Source of the DNA: an uncultured Solirubrobacterales bacterium
Lineage (GTDB): Bacteria; Actinomycetota; Thermoleophilia; Solirubrobacterales; Solirubrobacteraceae
NCBI GenBank assembly: GCA_963812955.1
Contig: CAWEXC010000005.1
Coordinates: forward strand, 283,638-347,637
Length of the DNA stretch: 64,000 nucleotides
Direction: 5' to 3'
Part shown: piece after piece, positions 55,098 through 64,000 of the stretch
Position numbering within the stretch: the stretch's first letter is position 1
Layout of the letters: the number at the start of each line of letters is the position of its first letter
Translations under genes and position numbers: made by a program
The notes under the pieces: generated by a model
The model's input: only the letters and a program-made list of their open reading frames with translations
Database searches by the model: none
Told to the model about the DNA's origin: nothing

Positions 55098-57959
55098 ATG
55101 AACACCATGTCCCACCCCACCATCGAGGAGACGACGCCCGGGCAGGCGCTGTCGATCAAGCGTCTTTTCACGTCCCCCGGGACGCACCCCTTCGAGGCTG
55201 TGGAGTGGGAGCTGCGCGACGCGCACATCGGTCACGGCGACCGCGTGGCGTTCGAGCAGCGCGGGGTCGAGTTCCCCAAGAGCTGGTCGCAGAACGCGAC
55301 CAACATCGTCGCCCAGAAGTACTTCAGGGGGCAGCTCGAGAGTCCCGCGCGCGAGCACTCGGTCAAGCAGATGATCGGCCGCGTGGCAGGCACGATCGCC
55401 GCCTGGGGACGCGAGCGCGGCTACTTCGCGACTGATGCGGACGGCGAGGCCTTCGAAGCCGAGCTCACGCACATCCTGCTGCACCAGCTGGCGGCGTTCA
55501 ACTCGCCGGTGTGGTTCAACGTGGGCTTCGAGGAGAACCCCCAGTGCAGCGCCTGCTTCATCCTCTCCGTGAAAGACACGATGGAGTCGATCCTCGAGTG
55601 GAACACCAAGGAGGGCATGATCTTCCGCGGGGGCTCCGGCTCGGGGATCAACCTGTCGAACATCCGCGGCTCGATGGAGCCGCTGGCGAAGGGCGGCACG
55701 GCCTCCGGGCCGGTGTCGTTCATGCGCGGCGCCGACTCGTGGGCGGGGACGATCAAGTCCGGCGGCAAGACCCGCCGCGCGGCGAAGATGGTGGTGCTCG
55801 ACGTCGACCACCCCGACATCCGCGAGTTCATCCAGTGCAAGGCCAAAGAGGAGGACAAGGCGCAGGCGCTCAGGGACGCGGGCTTCGACATGTCGATCGA
55901 CGGCGAGGGCTTCACCTCGATCCAGTACCAGAACGCCAACAACTCGGTGCGTGTCACCGACGAGTTCATGCAGGCGGTCGCCGAGGATCGCGTGTGGCGT
56001 CTGACCTCGCGCGTCACCGGCAAGCCGGTCGGGGAGCCGGTTCCCGCGCGCGAGCTGATGCGCGAGATCGCGCAGGCGGCGTGGCGCTGCGCGGACCCGG
56101 GAGTGCAGTACGACACGACGATCAACCGCTGGCACACCAGCCCGCGCTCGGGGCGGATCAACGCGTCGAACCCGTGCAGCGAGTACATGCACGTGGACGA
56201 CTCCGCGTGCAACCTGGCGTCGCTCAACCTGATGCGGTTCCGCCGCCCCGACGGAACGCTCGACGTGGAGTCCTTCGAGCACACCGTGGACATCGTGCTG
56301 CTGGCCCAGGAGATCGTCGTGGGACCCTCCAGCTACCCGACCGAGGAGATCGGCGTGAACGCGCGCGCCTTCCGCCAGCTCGGCCTCGGCTACGCCAACC
56401 TCGGGGCGTACCTGATGGCAGACGGGATGCCCTACGACTCCGAGCGGGGCAGGGGTACGGCGGCAGCGATCACCGCGCTGATGACCGGCCGCGCCTACCG
56501 CCGCTCGGCCGAGGTCGCCGGTGCGCTCGGCCCCTACGAGCGCTACGCGGAAAACCGCGAGGAGCACAACGCGGTGATGCGCATGCACCGCGACGCGTCT
56601 CATGCGATCGCCGCTGCGACCTGCACCGACCACGAGCTGCTCGCCGCCGCGCGACACTCGTGGGATGAGGCAGTGGAGCTGGGCGAGCGCCTCGGCTACC
56701 GCAACGCGCAGGCCACCGTGCTGGCGCCGACGGGCACGATCTCGTTCCTGATGGACTGCGACACAACCGGCGTGGAGCCCGACTTCTCGCTGGTCAAGTT
56801 CAAGGAGCTGGTGGGAGGCGGGCAGATGACGATCGTCAATCGCACCGTCCCGCTGGCGCTACAGACGCTCGGCTACTCCGAGCCGCAGGTCGAGCAGATC
56901 GAGGCGCACCTCGCCGAGCACGGCACGATCGTCGGTGCCCCGGGCCTGAAGGAGGAGCATCTGCCGGTGTTCGACGTGGCCGTCGGGGAGCGCGCGATCT
57001 CGCACATGGGCCATCTGAAGATGATGGGCGCGGTGCAGCCGTTCATCTCGGGGGCGATCTCAAAGACGGTCAACCTGCCGCAGAGCGCGACCGTGGAGGA
57101 CATCCAGGACGCCTACACCGAGGCGTGGCGGCTCGGGATCAAGGCGCTGGCGATCTACCGCGACGGCTCCAAGACCGCCCAGGCGCTGCGCACCGACGCG
57201 CAGCAGGGCGAGCAGGCCGCCAAGGCCGACGTCGACGTGGATGCGCTGGTGGAGAAGGCCGTTGCAAAGGCCCTCGCCGAAGCGGGCCCGCGGCGCAAGC
57301 GGATGCCGCGTGAGCGCCAGTCGATCACGCACAAGTTCTCGATCGGCGGCCACGAGGGCTATATCACCGCGGGCATGTACGAGGACGGCAGCGTGGGGGA
57401 GATCTTCCTGACCGACATCGGCAAGGAGGGCTCGACGCTGCGAGGCATGATGAACTCGTTTGCCACCGCGATCTCGATCGCGCTGCAGTACGGGGTGCCG
57501 CTGGAAACGCTGGTGCAGAAGTTCAGCTACATGCGCTTCGAGCCCGAGGGCATCACGGGCAACCCGGAGATCCCCTTCGCGAAGTCGATGCCCGACTACA
57601 TCATGCGCTGGTTGGCATCGCGCTTCCTGGACACCGACGCCCAGGAGGAGCTCGGCATCCTCACCCCCGAGGTACGCGCCCGCAAGGCCGCGCAGGAGGC
57701 CGCCCAGTCGGTGATCGCCTCCGACACCGCCGGCCCCAGCACGGGCGACCACATCGGCGGCACCCCCCCCAGGGCGTCGGGCGGAAACGGCGGGATAAGC
57801 GCGCCCACAAGCGCGTTCACCGACACCCCGCCGGTCGTGCCCGCCAGGCTGCAGGGCCTCGACCTCGGCCCAGCGTGTAGCCAGTGCGGGGGCATGATGC
57901 AGCGGACGGGGTCGTGCTACACGTGCAGCAGCTGCGGCAACAACACGGGTTGTGGTTGA
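55098..57959 (+). CDS. nrdJ: Vitamin B12-dependent (class II) ribonucleotide reductase with C-terminal TSCPD-like and Zn-ribbon domains
   Basis: FNSPVWFN, QCSACFI, GGKTRRAAKM, NASNPCSE, ACNLAS, APTGTISF, SGAISKTVN, CSQCG...CSSCG...GC. Confidence 0.95.
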   Translation: MNTMSHPTIEETTPGQALSIKRLFTSPGTHPFEAVEWELRDAHIGHGDRVAFEQRGVEFPKSWSQNATNIVAQKYFRGQLESPAREHSVKQMIGRVAGTIAAWGRERGYFATDADGEAFEAELTHILLHQLAAFNSPVWFNVGFEENPQCSACFILSVKDTMESILEWNTKEGMIFRGGSGSGINLSNIRGSMEPLAKGGTASGPVSFMRGADSWAGTIKSGGKTRRAAKMVVLDVDHPDIREFIQCKAKEEDKAQALRDAGFDMSIDGEGFTSIQYQNANNSVRVTDEFMQAVAEDRVWRLTSRVTGKPVGEPVPARELMREIAQAAWRCADPGVQYDTTINRWHTSPRSGRINASNPCSEYMHVDDSACNLASLNLMRFRRPDGTLDVESFEHTVDIVLLAQEIVVGPSSYPTEEIGVNARAFRQLGLGYANLGAYLMADGMPYDSERGRGTAAAITALMTGRAYRRSAEVAGALGPYERYAENREEHNAVMRMHRDASHAIAAATCTDHELLAAARHSWDEAVELGERLGYRNAQATVLAPTGTISFLMDCDTTGVEPDFSLVKFKELVGGGQMTIVNRTVPLALQTLGYSEPQVEQIEAHLAEHGTIVGAPGLKEEHLPVFDVAVGERAISHMGHLKMMGAVQPFISGAISKTVNLPQSATVEDIQDAYTEAWRLGIKALAIYRDGSKTAQALRTDAQQGEQAAKADVDVDALVEKAVAKALAEAGPRRKRMPRERQSITHKFSIGGHEGYITAGMYEDGSVGEIFLTDIGKEGSTLRGMMNSFATAISIALQYGVPLETLVQKFSYMRFEPEGITGNPEIPFAKSMPDYIMRWLASRFLDTDAQEELGILTPEVRARKAAQEAAQSVIASDTAGPSTGDHIGGTPPRASGGNGGISAPTSAFTDTPPVVPARLQGLDLGPACSQCGGMMQRTGSCYTCSSCGNNTGCG

Positions 57960-58000
57960 TACCGCGACAAAGTCGTCGAAAACATGATTGCATTTGCAGG

Positions 58001-59233
58001 ATGGGGAGTAGAGCTGTTGCGCCTGCGGCACTTGCCGCGCTAATAGGGCTCGCCGCGCTCGCGGGTTGCGGGGGCGGTAGTACGAAGACGACGACGACCG
58101 TGGTCACCGCCGCGGGCCAATCCGGCAGCGCGGCGTCGGTGGCGCAGGTCTCGGCCGCCGACGTGGTCGCAACCGTGGAACAGGCGCCGATCACAAAGGC
58201 ATCCTTCGAACACTGGGTGTCGGTGACCGCCGCGCTCAACCACTCCAAGGCCCACAGCAAGGCGGTGCGTGCGGCGCTCAAGGATCAGGCGCTCGGCTTC
58301 CTGATCACCTCGCAATGGGTGCTCGCCGAAGCCGCCCACCTCGGGCTCAGTGCGAGCGAAGCGGAAGTGCGCCAGCGGCTGCACCAAGTCACAGCCAAGC
58401 AGTTTCCCACGGCCTCGCAGCTCAAGCACTACCTCGCCTCCATCGGCGAGACCGAAGCCGACCTGCTGATGCGCATCAAGGTCGAACTGCTCGAGTCGAA
58501 GATCGCCCAGCACGTGACGGCCGGCAAGACCGCCTCCACCGAACCCCGCCTGCTGCTGAGCGACTTCCAGAAAAGCTTCGACGCGCGCTGGCGCGCTCGA
58601 ACGAGCTGCCGATCAGGGTACGTGATGGAAGACTGCAAGCAGTACAAAGGCACCTCCCGGCCGGCCGCGAGCAGCTCCTCATCCTCGGCCACATCCTCCA
58701 CATCCTCCTCGTCCTCCTCCTCGCACGCGGCATCGACCAGCGCGAGCTCCAACTCGAGCGGCGAGCTGCCCTCAATCCCCGGGGCGATGGCCATCAGCAG
58801 TCCCGCGTTCGAACGCAACGGCACGATCCCCGCGCAGTACACCTGCGACGGGGCCAACATCTCGCCGCCGCTGCAGTGGCAACACCTGCCCGCCCACACG
58901 AAGGAGCTCGTCCTGTTCGTCATCGACGACAGCTCCGACGGGTCAACAGGCGGGATCCGCTGGGTCGTGGCCGGCATCGACCCGAGCCTCTCCGGGCTCT
59001 CCGCCGGCCAGCTGCCCGCGGGGGCGGTCGTGGGCCTCAACGGCTCCGGCAAGGCGACCTACGGCGGCATCTGCCCGGCGAAAGGCAAGCCCGCTGCGAT
59101 CGAATTCGTGCTGTGGGCGCTGAGCAAAACGATCCCGCTCAACAACGGCTTCATCCCGGCAGTCGCCGAGCACGACTACAGCCACAGCGAGCTGGCGTCG
59201 GCGACGACCTACGCCACGTACGCACGGCCCTAA
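58001..59233 (+). CDS. Lipoprotein: SurA/PrsA N-terminal-like domain, Ser-rich linker, YbhB/YbcL (PEBP) domain
   Basis: Lipobox LAGC; VVATV...ITKASFEHW...ALGFLITSQW...EA..LG; poly-Ser; ISSPAFERNGTIPAQYTCDGANISPPLQW. Confidence 0.8.
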   Translation: MGSRAVAPAALAALIGLAALAGCGGGSTKTTTTVVTAAGQSGSAASVAQVSAADVVATVEQAPITKASFEHWVSVTAALNHSKAHSKAVRAALKDQALGFLITSQWVLAEAAHLGLSASEAEVRQRLHQVTAKQFPTASQLKHYLASIGETEADLLMRIKVELLESKIAQHVTAGKTASTEPRLLLSDFQKSFDARWRARTSCRSGYVMEDCKQYKGTSRPAASSSSSSATSSTSSSSSSSHAASTSASSNSSGELPSIPGAMAISSPAFERNGTIPAQYTCDGANISPPLQWQHLPAHTKELVLFVIDDSSDGSTGGIRWVVAGIDPSLSGLSAGQLPAGAVVGLNGSGKATYGGICPAKGKPAAIEFVLWALSKTIPLNNGFIPAVAEHDYSHSELASATTYATYARP

Positions 59234-59245
59234 GCGGGTCCCGCT

Positions 59246-60112
59246 TTAGGTATAGAGGTGGTCGCCGGCGGCCCGTTCGGCCATCTCGGCTCCGTCCTCG
59301 GAACGACCCAGCACGCTGATGAACACCGCGGCGAAGGCGATGCCGAAGACGAGGAACTCCATGAAGCACATGCCGGCGCCTGCGAGGTGCTGGTCGCTGA
59401 TCGGCGAGAGACCGAAGGCGCGGGGGGCGTGGATGTAAAGCGAGTACTCCGGCTTTGCCAGCCACGTCAGCGGCAGGCAGACGGCGGCGCTCGCCAGGCG
59501 CGAGAAGCCGAGCAGCGCGAGGCGCTGCCCACCAGGGCGCAGGCGCGCGCGCGGCAGGGGGTCGACGATCAGCCACCACAGGGCGAGGCCGGTGTAGAAA
59601 AGCGTCGCATGCTCGAAGGCGTGCACGGCGGAGTGTTCGGTGGCGTAGTCGAACACGCTGGGGATCGCCCACACCCAGGTGGTGATCGCCCACAGCGGGA
59701 TCGCAACCCACGGCGAAGTCAGCCGCGCGAGCACTCGCCCGAAGCGCCCACCGCCGGGCGCCACCGCGAGCAGCGCCTTGCGGGAGAGGCCGAGCGGCAG
59801 CAGTGGGCGGCGCAGCCCGAGCACGAGCAGCGCGGGGGCGATGTCGGAGAGCAGCACGTGCTGAGCCATGTGCGCGGAGAGCAGATAACCGTCGCCGATC
59901 GGGTCCAGCGGCGAGAGCAGCGCGATCGCCACCACGATCAGCCCGGCTCCGTAGGGCACCCAGTGGCCGGCGCCAACCGCGGGATTGGATCCGGATCCCG
60001 CCCGCCCGGCGGCACGGCGGTAGGCACGCGCGTACAGCACCGCCGCGAGGCCCAGCGCGACGATCACAACGGGCTCGAAGGTCCAGGAGCCCCAGCCGGG
60101 GATTGAGCTCAT
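59246..60112 (-). CDS. Cytochrome c oxidase assembly protein (Caa3_CtaG family)
   Basis: SPLD....YLLSAHMAQHVLL, HAFEH, DQHLAG..M. Confidence 0.88.
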   Translation of the reverse strand: MSSIPGWGSWTFEPVVIVALGLAAVLYARAYRRAAGRAGSGSNPAVGAGHWVPYGAGLIVVAIALLSPLDPIGDGYLLSAHMAQHVLLSDIAPALLVLGLRRPLLPLGLSRKALLAVAPGGGRFGRVLARLTSPWVAIPLWAITTWVWAIPSVFDYATEHSAVHAFEHATLFYTGLALWWLIVDPLPRARLRPGGQRLALLGFSRLASAAVCLPLTWLAKPEYSLYIHAPRAFGLSPISDQHLAGAGMCFMEFLVFGIAFAAVFISVLGRSEDGAEMAERAAGDHLYT

Positions 60113-60279
60113 CGTGCGCCTCCTGGGGCCGCTGCGCGGATCGTCGGGTCAATCATGCGCGGAATCCTATCGATCCTGAGGCGCGATAGCCGGCGCATAT
60201 CGGTGTCCTCGCTCGCTCGCGCGCACGACACGCCACACTCGCTGCGTCCTCAGCCCTCCGGCGCCCGTCACCGCGCACC

Positions 60280-61188
60280 TCAGGAGGTTTCATAGGACAC
60301 GGGCGGTGGCGCGTCGTCGCGGATCGCAGCCAGCTCACTGAGCAGCTGCGCCCCGCTGGTGCCCCCGAGCACGCGCAGCCGCGGCAGCCGGTAGGGGTCC
60401 TCGCCGGGCTGTGCCCACCCGGGGACGACGGTGGTGGAGCCGCGATAGCCAGCCGCCCGCACGGCGGCGAGCACGGCGGCGTTGTACTGGCCGGAGGGGT
60501 AGCAGAACCAGTTGACGGGCACGTGGTAGAGATGCTGCACTTCGCTGCGGGCAACTGCCACCTGGTAGTGCAGCTCGGAGGGGTCGAGGGTGGTGAGGTC
60601 GGCGTGGCTGAAGCCCTGGGTGTCGAGCTCCCAGCCGGCGGCTGTCAGACCGCGTACCTGCGCCGGGGATAGCCCACCCTGGGATGGGGGTAGGCCGGTT
60701 AGCTGCAGGTTCTCGACCCCTTCCCAGCCAAGCATGCGCAGAACCGGCAGGGCGTTGGTGTACTGGGACTGGTAGCCGTTGTCGAAGGTGAGCACGATCG
60801 GCTTGCCCTTGGGCAGCGGCACGCCTTCCTTCCAATTGGCCCACAACTGATCGAGCGTGACCGCGTGAAAGCCCGCGTGGACGAGCGCCTGCATCTGTTC
60901 GGCAAACTGTTCGGTGGGGACGTACAGACCGGGGTACGGCGCCCCCGCGGGCGGGGGATTGATGACGTGGTACATGAGGATCGGCACCGCCTCGGTTCCC
61001 GGCGGGCCATCGACGACCCGCCGGCTTTCGGCCCCCGATCCCGAGGCCCCCGATCCCGCGGCATCCCCGGACGCCGCGGCCCCTGATCCCGTGACGACGC
61101 CGCCGCCACCGGCGTTTGAATGCCGCCCCCCACCACTCCCCGCCCCGGCGGAGGGCGCCGAGGAGCCGCATGCGGCGAGCGCCGCCAC
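60280..61188 (-). CDS. Polysaccharide deacetylase lipoprotein
   Basis: LAAC lipobox, PILMYH, LTFDNGY, H.DL, FCYPSG; start uncertain. Confidence 0.88.
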   Translation of the reverse strand: MAALAACGSSAPSAGAGSGGGRHSNAGGGGVVTGSGAAASGDAAGSGASGSGAESRRVVDGPPGTEAVPILMYHVINPPPAGAPYPGLYVPTEQFAEQMQALVHAGFHAVTLDQLWANWKEGVPLPKGKPIVLTFDNGYQSQYTNALPVLRMLGWEGVENLQLTGLPPSQGGLSPAQVRGLTAAGWELDTQGFSHADLTTLDPSELHYQVAVARSEVQHLYHVPVNWFCYPSGQYNAAVLAAVRAAGYRGSTTVVPGWAQPGEDPYRLPRLRVLGGTSGAQLLSELAAIRDDAPPPVSYETS

Positions 61189-61235
61189 GACAGCGAGCGT
61201 CGCCAGGCCCAGCAGCGGGGGGGCGACCCCCCCTC

Positions 61236-61517
61236 TCAGTTGAGGCGGCCCTTGAGTGCGCTGGCGGCGGAGAACTTGGCGGCCTTGCTCGCAGCGATGC
61301 TGATCGTCTCGCCAGTGGCGGGGTTGCGTCCCTGGCGGGCGGCGCGGTGGCTGACGCTGAACTTCCCGAAGCCGGCGAGAGCGACCTCGCCACCGGCGGC
61401 CAGCTCGTCGGAAACCGCCTCGATCGTTGCGTCCAACGCCTGACGGGCCTGGCTGGGGGCCAGTCCGGTGCGCTCCGCGACCTTATCGGCCAGATCGTTC
61501 TTGGTCATGTTTGGCAC
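61236..61517 (-). CDS. hup: HU family DNA-binding protein
   Basis: MTKNDL...VAE, LAGFGKF, RAARQGRNPATGETI.I.A. Confidence 0.95.
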   Translation of the reverse strand: MPNMTKNDLADKVAERTGLAPSQARQALDATIEAVSDELAAGGEVALAGFGKFSVSHRAARQGRNPATGETISIAASKAAKFSAASALKGRLN

Positions 61518-61598
61518 GCCTCCCTTTGTGGGGTGTGATTGCTTAAAACGGGCAGACTAGCGTCCCGCCAGGACAGATATTCGCCGATTCGAGCGGAT

Positions 61599-62605
61599 TC
61601 AGGCCGAGACGCGCACCGGCGGGGTCGCTTCGCGATGCTCCCGAGCCACCTCCGGGGGCTCTGCGAGACGCTTCGGGAGGCGCCCGGCAGCGTACGCGGC
61701 CCACAGCGCAGCCAGCCAGCAGCCGCAGGCGAGGGCGACGTGAACCCACACCAGCTCGGTGGGTAGGTGGGTCTCGTACTGGTCCAAGCCGACTGCGCCC
61801 TGCAGGGCGAGCAGGACGCAGAGCGCGGTGGTGCAGCGATGCACGAGCTGGGTCGGTGGAGCGGCGGCGCGCCAGCCACCACACGCACACCGCGAGCAGA
61901 CTAAAAACGAGGGCGATCTCGGCGTGCCGATGGATCACGAAGTCCATCGTGCCGCGCCCGTCGAAGTCGAGGCGGTTGATGCGTTCCCCGGGGTTGCCCC
62001 CGGCGTGGGGCCCGGCGGCGGTCGCGGCGGTGCCGGCAAAGATCGTCAGCGCGCCGAGCGCGACCAGCGCGCGGGTCGACCACACGAGCGTGCGATCGCT
62101 GTCGCGGGGGCGCTCTCCGGGGTCGTGCGCGGCCCGCCACGCGAGCGCGGCGGCGGCCACGAGGATCAGCATCGAGAGCGCGAAGTGGCCCATCACCCAG
62201 CCGTAGTCGAGCTTGCCGCGCACGGTGAGCCCGCCGAGCACCGCCTGGCAGAGCACGCCGAGCGGCAGCAGCCCGCCGAGCCACACGAGGTCGCGGCGGT
62301 AGGGGCGGCGGCGCAGCGCACCGACCCAGGCGAGGCCGGCGGCGATGCACACGGGCACCGTGATGAGGCGGTTGGAGAACTCGATCAGCGCGTGCGTCTT
62401 CAGCGGGCGGGTAGAGGTTGCCGTAGCACTTCGGCCAGGTGGGGCAGCCGAGGCCCGAGCCGGTCAGCCGCACGGCGGCGCCGGTGAGCACAATCAGCGT
62501 GAGCGCGCCCAGCGCGATGTAGGCCAGCACCAGGTACTGGCCGGGGGTGACGGTGTAGCCGTTGGTGCGCTCGCGCAGAGACGGCCGCGGACTGTTGGCG
62601 GGCAT
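61599..62605 (-). CDS. ctaA: COX15/CtaA haem A synthase family protein; frameshifts near 62405 and 61845 (probable assembly errors)
   Basis: Frames join to give GAAVRLTGSGLGCPTWPKC...IEFSNR...QAVLGGLTV...HFALSM...GPHAG...HRHA...QGAVGLDQY...WVHV. Confidence 0.78.
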
Positions 62606-62625
62606 CGCGTGGAAGTTTGCCAGCT

Positions 62626-63193
62626 CTACGGCTCGTACACGAACGGCAGCTCGTCGGCGAGCTCGCGCAGCGTTGGAGCGGCGGCGTCGCGGGCGGAGAC
62701 GAGCGGCTCGATCTCCGTGGGCCATTCGATCGCGACCTCGGGGTCGTCCCAGGCGATGCCGCGCTCGACGGCGGGGTCGTAGTAGGCGGTCTGCTTGTAG
62801 AGGACGTCGGCGACGTCGCTGAGCACGCAGAAGCCGTGGGCGAAACCGATCGGGACGTAGAGCGCGCGCATGCGCTCGTCGTCGAGCTCGACCGCCTCCC
62901 ACTGAGCGTACGTGGGGGAGCCGCGGCGCAGATCGACGATCACGTCGAGGATGCGCCCGCGGGAGCAGCGCACCAGCTTGGCGACGCCCGGCCCGATGTG
63001 GAAGTGCATCCCGCGCACGACGCCGCGCGTGGAGCGGGAGTGGTTGTCCTGGATGAAGCGCTCCTCGGGTGGCATCCCGGCGGAGGGGTGCCACTCCAGG
63101 CGGTAGGTCTCGCAGAAGAAGCCGCGCTCGTCGGGGAACACGCGCGGCTCGAGGATGATTGCGCCCGGGGAGGCTGGTGGGAATGGCGTTCAC
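62626..63193 (-). CDS. rmlC: dTDP-4-dehydrorhamnose 3,5-epimerase; one extra base near 63165
   Basis: DERGFF.E, QDNHSRS..GVVRGMHF, KLVRC..G.I.DV.VDLR.GSPT, GFAHGF, GIAWDDP; N-terminus VNAIPTSLPG(A)IILEPRVF restored by removing one base. Confidence 0.9.
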
Positions 63194-63208
63194 GCGCGGA
63201 ACGCTACT

Positions 63209-64000
63209 TCACGCGTGCTTGTGATGGTGGCTGTGCCTGCGGGGCAGCCGGTGGTAGATGACGATGCTGGTTTGGGTGGTGTTGCGAAGCTTGTCGACCG
63301 CGATGAACGTGAGGACGTTGCGGCCGGGCCGGATGTGCGCGGCGCCATGCCAGTGCAGCGCCCCGGCGAGCGTGCGGGGAAAGGCCTGGTTGGTGTAGTT
63401 GCGGATCAGCTTGCCGTTGATCTCGAGCGTGATGCGCCCGACGCCCTCGGGGTCGCGGGCGGAGACGCTGATCGGCAGCGTGCCCGAGTAGGTGGTGTGG
63501 TCGGCGGGGGCGGAGACGTCGATCCGGGGCCCGCGAGAAGGACCCGCAGGTGTTCTGTGAGCTGATCGCCCTGGTGGGCGTAGGCCTGCATCGCGGCGAA
63601 CGAGGGCTTGCGCGAGCCGTTGGCGCGCAGCAGGCCGGAGACGTCGGCGCCCTGGTCCTGGAGGGGGAACCAGATCGCGACCTGGACGTAGGGGTCTTGC
63701 GCGAGGCAGTGGTAGGCCTGAGCGAGATAGGTGGCCTGCTGCTGCTCGGTGACGCCCTGAGCCTTCTGCCCGGCCCACACTCCTTCGTCGCACTCCGCGG
63801 AGGTGGTGCGCCAGGAGAGCTCGGTCATCCAGATCGGCTTGTCGTCGCCGTTGGCGAGCATCACGTTGTGCACTTCACGGTAGGCGAGGAAGGAGTCGGG
63901 GATCATGTGCCCGTCGTTTTCGCGCAGGAAGCTGTAGGGGGAGACGATGTTGCAGGCAGTGTCGGTGTGGACGGCGACGGCGTCGAAGTAGCCCTTGGCG
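63209..64000 (-). CDS. Glycoside hydrolase (clan A TIM barrel, GH5/GH39-like) with C-terminal Ig-like domain and basic tail; 5' end outside the window, frameshift near 63545
   Basis: FDAVAVH, KPIWMTELSW (nucleophile Glu), EQQQATYL, GLLRANGSRKPS; then Ig-like ISVSARDPEGV...FIAVDK..N and RRHSHHHKHA. Confidence 0.75.

Overview
High-GC actinobacterial chromosomal window; the protein families suggest Thermoleophilia/Solirubrobacterales (inference). Housekeeping genes (clpP, pgsA, folE2/mptA, an RpoD-like sigma factor, tRNA-Tyr, tRNA-Thr, recQ, holB, tmk, nrdJ, hup, ctaA/ctaG-like, rmlC) are mixed with three accessory components. (i) A type I R-M system plus vapBC. (ii) A ~9.7 kb patch between the 3' ends of tRNA-Tyr and tRNA-Thr, carrying an XRE regulator with a palindromic operator, two DUF2252 genes, a PLC-like lipoprotein, HigBA, a tyrosine integrase and a decayed RelE. 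(iii) Three copies of an uncharacterised secreted-protein cassette: TTGACA-N18-TANNNT promoter, long non-coding leader, [small Cys-containing secreted subunit C, hairpin], beta-propeller-like protein A, then a translationally coupled ~1000-aa four-repeat Cys-stapled protein B. A and B carry polybasic C-terminal tails and no sortase motif. Two copies share a conserved, covarying ~250-350 nt structured 5' leader (candidate new cis-regulatory RNA) and a TGTCAATG(A/C)(T/C)A box overlapping the -10 element. This cassette is the best candidate for an undescribed system. Other patterns: tandem amplification of gene 3' ends including the stop codon at four loci, a dispersed AT-rich REP-like repeat (22/22 identical at 6.6 kb and 53.9 kb), and a subunit pseudogene with an internal 59-bp inversion. 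Single-base frameshifts in conserved genes (folE2, ctaA, rmlC, GH) suggest assembly indel errors, so pseudogene calls need caution.
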